This document shows positions 12,801-26,818 of a DNA stretch of 64,000 nucleotides, one piece after another. Positions within the stretch are counted from its first letter, which is position 1, and each line of letters starts with the position of its first letter. The stretch is from Azolla caroliniana (lineage: Eukaryota; Plantae; Polypodiophyta): NCBI GenBank assembly GCA_043228905.1, contig JBHGNT010000013.1, positions 4,960,001 through 5,024,000 on the forward strand, read 5' to 3'. Both the position numbers and the translations under genes were made by a program. The notes under the pieces were generated by a model. It saw only the letters and a list, made by a program, of their open reading frames with translations. It had not been told where the DNA came from and made no database searches.

Positions 12801-13905
12801 AGAAGAGGAGAAGGATGAAGAAGTTGGGTCAGATGGATGTTGGAAATTTGTGTCAGATTGTATCACAGATTTTGAAGGCGTATTGATGAATTTAGAGGAG
12901 AGTCGAGACATATCTAACAATTTCTGGATAGAAATCATGTTTTAGAAGATCTAATGTTCGGATTGTGGGACATTTATGTGGCCCTTAGGGGCGGAAACCT
13001 AATCTAGGCAAGGAAGACGGGATGAATGCAATGGAGGATATCTGCAAGTTGACATTGGAAGTAAGAAGATTTTTAGGAACATGTGTTGTTTAGCACATTT
13101 GGAGTATTTCTAGAAGACGAGAAGGTGAAGAAGGTGGGTCGGATTGATGTTGGAAATTTGTCTCATATTATATAGTAGATTGTGAAGACATATTGAAGAA
13201 TTTAGAGGAGGTGCATCTCATAATTTCTAGAGAAAAATCAAGTTTTGGAAGATTTGAAGTTCGGATTCAGGGACATTTGTGTGGCCCCAATGGTCGGAAA
13301 CCTTATCTAGCCAAGGTGGATGAGATCAATGCAATGAAGGATATCTGCAAGTCGATATCGGAAGTAAGACGGTTTTTAGGTGCATTTGTTTTTTACCACA
13401 TTTGGAGGATGTCTAGAAGAGGGGAAGGATGAAGAAGTTGGGTCGAATGGATGTTGGAAATTCTACTCAGATCATATAGAAGATTTTGAAGACATATTGA
13501 AGTATTTTAAGGAGGCGTATCTGACAATTTCTGGAGAAAAATCAAGTTTTTTAAGATCTGAAGTTCGGATTGTGGGACAGTTCTATGGCCCCTAGAGTCG
13601 GAGACTTGATCCAGCCGAGGTGAATGGGATCAAGGCAATGGAGGATATCTGCAACTCGATATTGGAAGTAAGACAATTTTTAGGTGTAAGTGTTTTTTTA
13701 CCACATTTGGAGGATGTCTAGAAGAGAAGAAGGATGAAGTTGGGTCGGATGGATGTTGGAAATTCTTGTCATATCATATAGTAGATTGTGAAGACATATT
13801 GAAGAATTTAAAGGAGGTGCATCTAACAATTTCTGGATAGAAATCAAGTTTCGGAGGATCTGAAGTTCGGATTGTGGGACATTTGTGTGGCCTCTATGGT
13901 TGCAA
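6850..13905 (+). repeat. Tandem satellite, ~23 monomers of ~311 bp (~303 bp at the right edge), derived from Gypsy RT coding sequence
   Basis: GGAAACCTAATCTAG-like anchor recurs at approximately 8418, 8729, 9039, 9351, 9662, 9973, 10286, 10597, 10909, 11220, 11531, 11842 etc. The monomer translates to GCLEEEKDE..GCWKFVSDHI..ISGEKS.F...VGHLCGPYGRKP...EVRRFLGA.VFYHIW. Confidence 0.95.
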
Positions 13906-14084
13906 ACTGGATAGTCAATCTTGGAAATTGTATAAATACTTGTAACATCCTTGGTCCCTTCCAAGGGATTTAACACCAGTCATTGACACATCAATCTAGT
14001 ATTCTCATTTCGCCCCATCTTATCTGCTTGATCATCATCTTTGTCTTCATTATCTTGTTCATTTCTAGTGTCTTAATTTTCTCG

Positions 14085-14205
14085 CATCGTCGTTCCCAAC
14101 TTCTAGAGTTCCAAAATGTGGTAAAAAACACATGCACCTAAAAATTGTCTTACTTCAGATGTCGACTTGCAGATATCCTCCATTGTATTGATCCCATCCA
14201 CCTCA
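14085..14205 (-). repeat. Inverted partial copy of the satellite monomer
   Basis: ATGTGGTAAAAAACACATGCACCTAAAAATTGTCTTACTTC...GCAGATATCCTCCATTG is the reverse complement of the monomer. Confidence 0.85.
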
Positions 14206-14295
14206 ATTAGATAAGATTTCTATCATGGACATACCAAGCGCGCACTAGGATGTATCACGGATGATGGGGCTAGAAGCGATGGGCTATGAACTTGG

Positions 14296-17200
14296 AGTTA
14301 GAAGTGACGAGGCTAGCCTTTCAGTGACTTGTACTCGTAATGTCGGAACCTGAAATTCTAATGGAACTACAACTTCTAACCCAAAAGCCATTCTGAATGG
14401 AGTCGATTTGATGACTGTTTTATAGGAAGTGTGATAAGCCCATAACGCACTACTTAATTTCTGATCCCAATCAGTTCTTTTTTCGTTGACTATTTTTCGT
14501 AAAATTATCTGTAAGGTTTTCTTCGTTGATTCTGCCAATCCATTGGCCTAAGGATAGTACGAAGTACTCTTTTTGTGTATTACTGCATAATATGAAGATA
14601 ACTCATGTACTATTTTATTTATGAAATGAGTACCTTGATCACTAGCTAATTTGATCGCACAGTCGAACTGACACCATATGTTTTCGTATAGAAATTTCGT
14701 TGTTGATGTAGCCGTGTTATCTCGTAAGGGTTTAGCTTTGACCCATTTCGTACAGTCGTTTGTAGCTACTATGATATAGCGATTCCCTATTTTGATAGCA
14801 GCTGGCTTAAATGGACCGACAAAGTCCAAGCCCCCTTTTTGGAAAGGTTGTAAAGGTAGTACTGGCTGAAAAGGCATTCTGTCCTTTTCTGTCGGTTGCC
14901 CAAGTCATTGACACAAGTCGCATTGCAGACAATATTCGACTACATCCTTAGTGGTTGTGGCCGTGGCATCTCCCGTGTAATGTCCACCAACTATACCATA
15001 GTGAGTTTCCCATAAAATTCCATCCTTCTCAATTTGCCGGACCACATGCCTCCATATGCCATTGACGCCTTTGTGGTATAGTGTGTCATTTAGGAGACAA
15101 AAATTTTGGCTTCATATAGGTAAACACTTCCTTTCATCAAGTAGCATATTATCCGGTGGTAGCCCCGTACTAAGAAAAATTGTAATTTCTGTAATCCATG
15201 CATCCGTTGTATCCTCACCTATCTCTGTGGTCGCTACTGTGTCGACCCAAAAAAGGTGAGCATTGGGAAAATCATCCTTAACTCCGATTCCTTGCTCCCC
15301 CGACTCTAGTCTACTGAGGTAGTCCGCAATTGCATGCTGCACTCGTGGTCTGTGAAGAATGTCGAACTCAAATTCTTGAAGCAACAATGTCCATCTTTCC
15401 AATTTACCCGTGAGTTCTTATTTTGCCACTAAATATATCAAGGCCAAATGGTCGATGTGAAATGTAAATTTCTGACCCAATAAATAGTGCCAAAATTTAT
15501 TGATGCTGTAAATCATGCCCAGAGCCTCACACTGAATTGTCGAGTAATTTCTTTCCGCGATGGAGATTTTTCAACTAGCATAGTATACCGGTCTATACCA
15601 ATTCGACTATGTCAGCTCCATGAGGGAACTGCCAATTGCTAGATCGGATGCATCGAAAAATACGTGGAAAGGTTTCTCCCAATCAGGAGGTTGCACCATA
15701 AGAACTTGCTCTATTGTGTTCCATTGGAAAGGCGTTTTGTGCACCGTTGTGTGCAACGGTATGGCCACATTAGCAAGATAGGAAATCATCCAACTATGCC
15801 ACCCAATTTTGCGCAAGAACCGACTGAGATCCTTTGCATTGGTTGGTGCCGGTGCTTCTAATATTGCCTTGACTTTGTTGGGATCAACTGCTATTCCATC
15901 TTGGCTTACTATATGTCCCAACAATGCAATGCTTGGTATGCCGAATGCACATTTAGCTGGATTGAGACTAAATCGACCTTGTTGACACCGGTCTAAACAT
16001 AGTCGTAAATATTGTAAGTGATTTGTCTTCTGACTATAGACAACAAAGTCATCAAGAAAAACTTGCATGAATGCAATAATATAATCAGTAAAAATTTCTT
16101 GAATTACCCATTTAAATGTTGCAGGAGCCGTTTTTAACTCGAACATCATGACCACTGCCACAAATATGACAGGAACTGCACGCTCCCTATGCGCAACGCT
16201 CGGCCACAACCGAGCTTAGAATCATACACAGAAAAAACGGGAAATGAAAGCACGACACAATGGAGAGAAGAGTACACGGGATGTTAACGTGGAAAACCCA
16301 AAGTGGGGAAAAACTATGCCAGCCCAGAGGCTGCAAACTATCACTATATCACAATGTACAATGGTAAAGCACCGAGGCAATGACCTCGAGCTTGTTATCT
16401 TCGCCACAGGCGGCGGTTACAACAGAGGCAACAACCTCTTTCTCTCTCTCACTCTCTGTACACAGTTACGCGCTCTGATCTTGCCCCAACAAGAACGACA
16501 ACGACTCTTTACTACTAAGTTTGCCCTAAGTCATATTTATACTAATATGACTTTTCGGCTATCTACAAATATAGCCCCGATGGACTCTCAGAAACATATT
16601 TACGAATATGTCCCTTCATCCGGTGAGCACTCCTCACCGGCCCTGCATCATCCAGCGCTTGCGGGGCACACGTCATCCGGTTCTCATGGGGTCTTCTGTT
16701 GCCGGGTACTCCACATCCGATTCTCACCGGGTCTTCACCATCCGGCTCTTGCCGGGTACTCGTCATCCGGTTCTCACCGGGTCTTCACCATCCGGCTTCG
16801 GCCGAATTTGCTCATCAGTACTGTTCTTCTCACTTCCCATCCGGAGGGACCTGTTTCCTAACAAAATACATGCCATTCAGTTACGAAAGCTATCTTTTCT
16901 TGATCTTTGGGATGCATGCAAACTTGATTATACCCACTGAAACCATCAAGAAAACTGTAAATCTCATGGCCTGCTACTGCATCTAGAATGTTGTCCGTAA
17001 ATGGTAACGGAAATGCGTCCGTTACTGTAGTTGCATTGAGTTTCCTGTAATCGACACATACCCGGATTTTACCATTCTTCTTAGGTACGACTACTATCGG
17101 ACTCAACCACATTTCCTTTTTTACTGGTCGAATAAATCCGACTCTAAGTAACTTGTCAATTTCTTCCTTGACTTTCACCGCATAGTTTGGATTTAGTCGG

Positions 17201-17400
17201 TAACGGCGTTGTTGCACCGACTTTGCCTCATGTAAATTTATCTAATGCTGGCAAAATGTTGGATCTAATCCTTTCATGTCCTCAAATTACCAAGCAAAGA
17301 CATATTTGTATTGTCTCAATAAATTCTTAAATTCCTCCTTTTTAGCCGCTAGCATTTCTCATCCATGATTCTCAGACCATTGCTTGACTGGTTATAATTA
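14296..17400 (-). pseudogene. pol: Degenerate Gypsy pol (RT, RNase H, integrase) of family B
   Basis: WLSPIVVVPKKNGKIRVCVDYRKLN, FMQVFLDDF, FHVFFDASD and GLDFVGPF motifs; many stops and frameshifts; split by a solo LTR. Confidence 0.9.
16167..16863 (-). mobile_element. Solo LTR of a Copia family-D relative
   Basis: Termini TGTTAGG...CCTGTCA (rc) and perfect 5-bp TSD AAATA. Removing it restores the RT reading EWHVF|VAVVMMF. Confidence 0.93.
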
Positions 17401-20400
17401 AGCGATACCTATGCTACATTTTTTTGTGCAAGGAGAGTTGCCACCTTTTATGTAAAACGAGGCACTAATTTTAGTAATCCTGTCAAAGGTATTGATACTT
17501 GACAGTCGACCTGAATCTTCCAAGCTTCCTCGTGTTCCTGTATTGGGAATGCCGAGCAACCTGAGGCACTGATTGTTCCTTATTGAATAATTCATTATCC
17601 TGGATCATTCTAGCTACATTATTTTGATTAGCTTCTTCCACCCATTCTTTAGTTTCTTTCTGAACGACTTCTTGGACTTCCCACTTCGACTGCTTACCTT
17701 TATTTCGAGTACTAGTTACTTGTTGAATTTCGGGTACTACCATATTGATGGTTGATGCCTTCCCTTTTTGCCTTGTTGGACATTGATTCGCATAATGCCC
17801 ATCTACTCTACATATGTAGCAATTCGTTACTGATGAAGTGACTTTCATATTGTGGACACCGATCATTGTTTGACTTGGAATTTTCCCTTTGTCGAGTGTC
17901 ATGTTAAAATTAACAGGACCTCTTCAGCTTCTTATTATCATTGAACCGCCGATTACCCTGACGATTATCATCTTGACGTCGAAAGTTATTAGAATTCCGA
18001 TTGTCTTGATAACGACCTCCTCTATATGGTTGTCGATCACCATTATCTCTCTATGGCGAATAATCCCTATCATGATTATTCTGATCATCATGACGATAGT
18101 TGTTTTGTTGATCATCATCCCTTCTTGGCTCATATCAATCGTTCCGCCGATATTCATCTCGACCATAATCGTTATCATTTCTTCAATTATCATCTCTCCT
18201 ATCCGAGTAATACTGATCATCCTCTTGAGATCGATTATTTGATCTATTCTTGTTCTCCTAATAAGAATTATTTGGATGAGTTTGTCGAATAGGTAGTGTC
18301 GTTTTGTTAAAAGCAAATTATATTCACATTGTTCGTCCGAATGAGCTTTAGAATGACACATAGTACAATGGGTGCACAAACTGCATTCCATTCTCAAATG
18401 TCCTGTCTTAAGGCAAGTCGTACACTAAACCGCTTGCTGAAATCTGAGCTCTTCCATTGTTGGTAAATTGTTATATAATGCAGACATATTCATGTTTTTT
18501 GTATTTTTCTTCGTCTGATCCATAGCTAATTCTTTATCAATCACTTGATTGATTGATTGATTGATTATGAAAATCGTGTTAGGATTTCGTTCCCTCCGGA
18601 TGGGATATGAGTACCTGGCAAGGAAGACCCGGTGAGAACCGGATGACGTAGGCCTGGTGAGAACCTCTCACCGGATGAAGGGACATAGATCTAAATATGT
18701 TTATGTTAGCCCATTGTGGCTATATTTATAAATAGCCCGAAAGTCATATTAGTATAAATACGACCTAGGGCAAACACTATGGTTTGTGTGTGGTTGCAGA
18801 TCATCGTAAGTGAAATTTGGTGCAACTGCTGTATAGAGTGTAACAGAGAGAGAGAGAGAGACCTTGAACAGTCTCTATTGTAACCGCCTGTTGGCAAAGA
18901 TTGAGAGCAATATTCTAAGACTCGGTTGTGGCCGAGCAATATTCCGCATATTCCTGTCAATCTGGTATCAGAGCGAAACAACACAGAAAATGGAAGATTC
19001 ATTTGGCGGCATGTTCAAGCTCACCGGCTCCAACTACTCAGTGTGGAAGTTGAAGCTGAGGGACATGTGACAGGAACTATGAGGAATAATCTTCGGCCAC
19101 AACCGAGACTTAGATCACTTCAATGATAATCAAACACAGAAAGATAAGAAATGGAAGTAGGTACACAGACAGAAGAGAATGAACAGGATGTTAACGTGGA
19201 AAACCATAAAACGGGAAACACCACGGGAGTCCCGAAACTCCAACTATCACTATGTAGAGAGGAATAAAACAGATGAACACAGAGGCCACGACCTCTTGCT
19301 CTCAATCTTCGCCTGGCGGCGGTTACAACAGAGACTCTCTCTCTCTCTCTCTCTCTTTTCTTCTGCTATGCTTTGTACAATAGTTACACCAATAACTCTA
19401 TACAAAATAATGACTACACAATGATACACACACAAGAGTTTGCCCTAGGTCATATTTATACTAATATGACTTTCGGGCTATTTACAAATATAGCCCCAAT
19501 GGGCTCCCTTCATCCGGTGAGAGGTTTTCACCGGGTCTTCCTTGCCAGGTACTCATCATCCGGTTCTCACTGGGTGTTCCGTTGCCAGGTACTCATATCC
19601 CATCCGGAGGGACCGAAATCCTAACAAACTCCCCCTGGACTCTAGCATGAGATGCCTCGTCAATCCAATCCTCTTCCTGCATGCATCCAGCTTGTCGGGT
19701 GTCAGCACATTGGTCAGCATATCCGACCCATTCTCCTCCATGTGGATCTTCGTCAGTATGAACTCTCGATATTCCACTCGCTCCCGGATTTAGTGGTACC
19801 TCCGTTGGAAGTGCTTAATCCTGGAATGATACGCCACGTTCTTCGCACTTTGACTGTCGCAATAGAGCCGGTATTCTTCCTACTGGATCCCTAGCTCTTT
19901 GATGAAGCCCTTCATCCATAGTATTTCGTTGCCGGCTTCCACAGCTGCCATGTACTCTACATGTGTGGTTGACAACACAACCGTCTACTGCAACCTCGAC
20001 TGCCATGAAATAACTCCCCCTGCATATGTCATAACATACCCCGATGTTGACCGGCTGGTATCCACATCAGCCAACATATCCGAATCGGTGAGCCGTCAAG
20101 TTGGGCTTTACCGGAGCCAAATCGGAGGCACATACTTGAGGTGCCTTTCAAGTACTAGAGTATCCATTTTACCGCATTCCAGTGCTCCTTGCCGGGATTG
20201 CTCATAAACCGGCTCACCACTCCGACTGCGTATCCGATATCCGGTCAGGTACACACCATTGCCTTCATTAAGCTCCCGACAGAAGAGGTCTCCGGTTGCT
20301 GCATGTAGATCTCCTCTTCGAGGTCGCTATGGAGGAACGTCGTCTTCACGTCTAATAGCTCTACCTCGAGGTCCATGCTTGCCGCTATGCTCAGCACCAT

Positions 20401-21351
20401 TCAGATGGAAGTCATCTTTACTACTGGGGCAAATATCTCGTCGAAGTCCACGCCCTTCTTTTGCTGGAACCCCTTCACCATGATCCTAGCTTTGTACCTT
20501 GGGGGTTGCTGGCATCTCCCGGTTTCAACTTGTACACCCACTTATTCCAGAATGCCCTCTTTGCTTTCGGCAACTCCACCAATTCGTACGTGTAGTTCTC
20601 ATGCAGGGAATCCATCTCGTCCTGTTGTTGTCCGCCGGAATAGTAACCGACGGCCAAAAGCGTAGGAATAAGAAACTATATAAGCGTAACGTATGTAACG
20701 GTTCACGCAGGAAGCGTGAACGGCTAATTAGACCCTGCATATATAAAGGGCAGAAAACCTCTTAAGGGGGTGCTTGTAATTTTTGGGAAATGTAAAAGAA
20801 CGCCTGATAATAAAATACTATCTTCTCTGAGTTTCTGTGTATAGTTGCGACTAATTCAGTGTCTGTGTCTCGGATACGTAAGCGTAGTAGTACGTAAGTG
20901 CAACCTGTGATAAGGAGTCGGTTGTAGCCGTCTCCCCGTACACACGGAGGAATCACAAAGGTTCTCTCCTTACGCAATACGCTTAAGCTCTGTTCGTTGT
21001 TCCACATTCACCTTGGGGTCTAGGTCGAAGAACTAACCACAGACCGTGTTCCTAAGAGGCAACACTTTTGGCACACTTGGTGATCTGTGTTTCCTCACAG
21101 ACGAGCAACAACGAATGGATGTTTAGCCGCAGACGACCCAGAGAACCAACAAGACAAGACCGACCAATAACAAGGTCCGTCACAAACCAGGTAGAAGAAC
21201 GCGCCCGGCAAAAGCCGCGCATCGGCGACCTCAGTAATACCTGCCAGGAGTGCAAAGGGGATTCCTTGCTCCCCAAATACCTCGACGAGGCGAGGGGACC
21301 ACGCTTACCGCAGCCACCCGGTGACCTTTTCCGATCCACCGTAGCTCCCAC

Positions 21352-22474
21352 GATGGCCTTTGCCTACCCCCGCTTTAACGGCGAAACCGACGCCGCAACT
21401 CATATTAGCATGTTCTTGAACGTTTGGAATGCGAACCACATGGTGCAGAACCTTTCCGAGATGGTGGCACACTAGTCGAAAATGACGGAGTTCGGATTAA
21501 CATTAGATGGGCGTGCGGCGTTCTGGCATTCACAGATGGAGTTACCAGCCATAACAACCTTCGATCAGCTGCAGTCCGCCTTCTTGCGTTTTTTCCACCG
21601 GAGGGTTCCACAATGCGAGATTCTCGGGCAGTTTTATACAATTAAGCAACTACCGACCGAGATGATAGCAGACTTCAGCTTACGGTTCCAAAATTTACGA
21701 CGGAAACTGGATCGAAGCCCTGCGGAGGAGGAGGCTCGGGAGACATTTCTGGCAGCGGTATGCCGGCTCATCCGGGCAACGCTCAACACCAATAGCGTGA
21801 AAGGGGAAACGGCGGATATGGTGATTGAACGAGCGTTACAGCTCGAGTTGGATGACGAGGAGGAGAGGTTTTCGATGTCATCCTTACGACAAGCGTTACC
21901 TCAGGATGTGGAACGCCAATTTCGTCAGGCAATCCCGTGCACGATTTGCTTGAACTCGGGGCATTCCGCGGTGGAGTGCAATATGCGAATCCACTACCCA
22001 AACTGCCACTCGAAGGTTCACACAGTCGACCAATGCAAGTACAATATGTTAAACAGAGCCACGCCCCCGATCCGCAGCATGGACACATAGCGGCAACCGC
22101 ACCGGGCGGAACAAAGGAGGCAAGAAGACCGACCCCGGTATAAGGATCGCAACCCGCGGGAGGATAGGTACAATCGGAATCGCCGGAATCACAACGAGTC
22201 CAAGGAGGAGAACCCGGAGGACGAGGATTATCGTGGACATCCGAGTTACGCCAAAGGGGGTCGGCGATACGAACATCAACGCCCGACAAACAAACGGGGC
22301 AACTTCAATGGCTATCGGGGTAAGCCTCAACAATATAGGGATCACCGGCGTTATGACGAAAGCTCGGGGGATGAGCGGCACCAGGAACAATGACGGGACC
22401 AACAACCGCCACCGTGTACGTCCCGACAAACGAGGCCGGACCGCGACGAGCAAGTAGCACCCGGAGAACGGCAC
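21352..22474 (+). pseudogene. gag: gag of element E (in-frame stops)
   Basis: YPRFNGETD..HI..F, FGLTLDGRAAFW, DFSLRFQNL, Cys/His knuckles CTICLNSGHSAVEC, and an R/N/Y/Q-rich linker. Confidence 0.8.
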
Positions 22475-25400
22475 ATGCCACCGGGGGCTGAGAAGGGAGA
22501 ATCAAGCATCCATTGTTTTATTTGTCATCAACCCGGACACTATGCCACGCAATGCCCATCACGCAAGGGAAAGGGGCCCACCGTCAACACGATTACGGCG
22601 GAGGTGCAACAAGTCACAACATGCCAGCAAACGAAAACGGTGGATTGGGCTGCGCAGGACGAGGTACGACGACAAGCCCAAGCCTGGGTGGAAAAAGCAA
22701 ACTCGACCAATATGGAACATATGAGGCAGGAGTCTGCGAACACAATGAAGCGAACAGAGAACGAAAAACCGGGGCCGGACCCCATTTGGCAAGTGTTAGC
22801 GGACTGTAAAATCACGCTAACTATGGAAAAACGGCTACAGCTAGTTCCACGTTTCCGCCAGACCATGGAAGCACAGGTGGCGGGCATGACCGGGGCGAGT
22901 GTTGCCACAAACCTGACTGACGTCAACGAGGGACCACCAGTGGTGGATCAGCATAACCCGGCCATTACAGTAATATTGCACGGACAGGAAGTTCCTGGAT
23001 GTGTAATTGACGGCGGCTCAGGCGTCAATGTGATTAGCGTGAAAACTTGCGAACAGTTGGGCATTTCCGAATGGGAGGCGTGTCCATTCTGGCTTCGTAT
23101 GGCAGATACCCGATCAGTGCGACCGTTGGGGCTAATTCACAAAATAGGCATCATCGTGGGCGGACTCCGCTTCGACATATCGGCGGTCGTCCTCGCTTTG
23201 GACACCCCAGGAGCGTACCCAGTGCTTCTGGGCAGACCATGGCTTCAGACAGGAAATATCAAGCAGAGCTGGCAACACGAGTGTATCAGTTTCCGACATG
23301 GACGCATCAAGGTTCGTGTACCTACGGAAGGCAACACGCCACAACCTAAGGGGATAACACCGTTGTATGCGGAAGACATCAATATGCTGGCTAGGGTGGA
23401 GGATGCCGAATTGGAAGCGTACCTTGACGAACATCCTCGGATTATTCCGTTGTTTGAGATAGATGTCATCGCAACTGCGGCAGAATATACTACGACCATT
23501 GTTCCGAGCGAAGAGCCGTATGAACCAAACCCAGAGTCCGTATTGGAACTTAGCAAAGCACGAGCGGCCTTCGAAAGGGAAATAGAGATTTCACGACGAG
23601 TCACCGCTTCCGCTCTCGACGAAGTGAATGTGGGTACGGGATCGGCACCTTGGTTCCTCTCCATAGCAAAGGAATTGAGGCCGGACCAGAGAACCAAAAT
23701 GATCGCACTACTCACGGAATATAAAGATGTGTTCACGTGGGCTCACGAGGACATGAAGGGGTTAGATCCCAAGTTCTATCAGCATAAGATCAATTTAGCA
23801 ACGGACGCGAAACCTGTCCAGCAGCGTCGCTACCGCATGAACCCCAATTACGCGACCCGCGTGAAAGAAGAAATTGATAAGCTGCTAAGGGCGGGGTTCA
23901 TACGGCCAGTGAAACAAGCGACATGGCTTAGCCCGATAGTGGTTGTACCAAAGAAAAACGGCAAAATACGGGTATGCGTGGATTACCGGAAATTAAACTC
24001 CGTAACCATTACGGACGCATTTCCCTTACCCTTCACCGATAGCGTGCTGGACGCCGTCGCAGGCCATGAGATGTACAGTTTCTTAGATGGCTTCAATGGC
24101 TATAACCAAGTATACATGCACCCCGAGGACCAGGAGAAGACGACATTTGTCACGGACTGGGAAGTATATGTGGCGGTCGTCATGATGTTCGGGCTAAAGA
24201 CAGCGCCGACAACACTCCAACGAACGATTGAGGAGATGTTTGGGGAATACATTCCGGCGTTCATGCAAGTCTTTTTAGACGATTTTGCGGTATATGGGCG
24301 AACAAATGACCATTTCTCGCACTTATGTCTGTGCTTGGAACGTTGCCGCACCGCACGCTTAAGCCTGAATCCCGCGAAATGTGCCTTCGGCGTGACCAGC
24401 AGGACTCTCCTGGGCCACATCGTCAGCAACGAAGGAATAGCGGTCGACCCAAACAAGATCTCCGCTATTACGCAAGCTAAAACTCCGACAAATGCCAAAT
24501 CACTTCTGGGCCAAATACGGTGGCATAGTCGGATGATACGGTATTTGGCAGACTTTGCCACGCCACTACACGTTGTCGTACATCGGACTCCTTTCCAATG
24601 GACTGCAATAGAGGATAAGGCCTATGAGGCACTTAAGATAATGCTCACACAGGCCCCCGTCGTACAACCTCCAGTTTGGGCGAAGCCATTCCACGTGTTC
24701 GTCGATGCCTCAGACATAGCAATAGGAAGCGCGCTAATGCAAGTCACCGAACCAAACTGGTATAGGCCAGTATACTACGTAAGTCGTAAATTGACAACAG
24801 CAGAGCGTAACTATTCCACAACAGAGCGGGAGGCGCTAGGGATGATCTATAGCATCAATAAATTCCGACATTATTTACTAGGACGGAAATTCACGTTCCA
24901 CGTGGATCATTCGGCATTATTGTATTTGGTGGAGAAACAAGCCCTGACAGGGAAGTTGGCGCGGTGGATGCTGCTGCTCCAGGAATTCGAGTTCATAATT
25001 CAGCACCGGCCAGGGACGCAACACGCAGTGGCGGATTTTTTGAGCAAACTTGAGAATGGAGAAACAGTACAGAAAGACGACGACGATTTTCCGGACGCCG
25101 ACATCTGGCGAGTAGCGACATTTGCAGAAAAAACAGAATCCACCTTTCCGAATCGATGGCTTATGGAAATGACGTACTTTTTAACTATAGGACTACCTCC
25201 ACCACAATTACGCACAGACGAGAAGAAACGACTAGCCGTCCGAAGCCGTCACTTCTGCCTAGTCGAAGGGAATTTATATCACAAAGGGAGTGACGGCATT
25301 TGGCGACGTGGAGTCCGTCAGGATGAAAAAGAAGCAATTTTACGGGAGGCACACTGCGGCACGGCCGGCGGCCATTACGCGGGCAACGAGACAGCCCGCA

Positions 25401-26467
25401 AAGTATGGCAGGCGGGCTTATGGTGGCCAACAACGTAGAAGGACGCATCCGAGTATTGTAGAAAGTGTGATTTGTGCCAGCGGATGGGTTAGCCTGCAGA
25501 GGACGCAACGATGCCACACCAGCCCGTATTACCACTGGACCCCTTTCAAAAGTGGGGATTGGATTTTGTGGGGCCCTTCACACCAGCAGCAGCCCATACG
25601 GGCAACAAATACATATTGGTAGCCACGGATTACTGTACCAAATGGGTAGAAGCAAAGGCACTATGGGAAAATACGGCGGCCGTCACTGCCAAATTTCTGT
25701 ACGAGCACATCTGGTGCCGGTTCGGGTGCCCGATTGAGCTCATCAGTGACCAAGGGAGCCACTTTCTCAATACGGTGGTTCGGGAACTAACACAACATTA
25801 CGCAGTAGTCCACAAGAAGAGCACGCCATACTACCCGCAGGCGAATGGATTAGCGGAATCCACGAACAAAACTTTACAGACCATTTTGAAGAAAAGTGTC
25901 AATGAAAATAGAACGGACTGTGATACCAAACTCCAGAGTGCGTTATGGGCGTACAGAACTAGTTACAAAACAAGCATACAATCAACACCGTTCCGGCTAG
26001 CGTTTGGACTAGAAACGGTGATGCCGGTCGAATTTCGGGTACCTAGTTTGCGCATTCAGGTACGGAACCGATTATCAGAAGCCAAGTTAGAGGAGGAACG
26101 ACTCTACCAACTCCTCGAACTAGGGGAAAAACGCGTCCATAGCATGGCTGTGTTGGAAGAGGAACAGCGACGGCGTAAAGCGTTTGTCGATCAACATCGG
26201 AGCGCAAGGGAAAAGGAGTTTGTCGTGGGCCGAGCGGTGCTAGTGTTTCAAACGCACATGGGCCATATGCCGGGGAAGTTACGTTTCTGCTGGACCGGCC
26301 CATACTGGATAATTGGAGCGGAACAAGGCACGTTCCAACTAGGAACGCTGGCTGGAGAAATAGTATGGCAAAAAGTGAATGGGTTTCGGCTCAAACCTTA
26401 CCTGGGCCCTACGCCACCTAACCCATTCACCGCCGAACGGGACAAAGCCGGAGAACCAGCAGCGTAA
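22475..26467 (+). pseudogene. pol: pol of element E: CCHC, protease, RT, RNase H, integrase (stops near 25438-25492)
   Basis: IDGGSGVN protease, FLDDF RT, DAS..IG and YSTTEREAL RNase H, HHCC zinc finger, DFVGPF / SDQGSHF / NGLAE integrase, GPY motif. Confidence 0.93.
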
Positions 26468-26818
26468 AAGGGACAGTCCCATTTGTACTATAATGTAAAA
26501 ATAGGGTGTAACTAACCGTTACGAGAGAGAGAGAAAAAAAAGAAAAAAAAGAAAAAAGAGAGAGAAGATAGTGACTATTAAAACGACTAAAGGCATGCAC
26601 AAACTCCGAGTTCAAGAACACGCGGCACCACGATGGCTCACCGCCCAATGAACCCTAAGCCACAAAAAGAAGGAAACAGAAGATTTTTTGCACAAAGCAG
26701 AAACACATCGTCTAGCTATCAGCGCTCCCATCGCTCCTCCTCACCTTCTTCCCCATCATATCTCAGAGCTCCAACTCACCACTGCTACCCATCTCCTCTC
26801 CACGAACCTACTCTGGCG

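Noticed and set aside
6850-13905. CRISPR array or multi-copy protein gene
   Set aside because: There are no unique spacers; whole ~311-bp units repeat. Reading frames are broken in most units.
16244-16861. 205-aa ORF as a gene
   Set aside because: It lies wholly within a solo LTR and gains length from internal tandem repeats; no recognisable domain.
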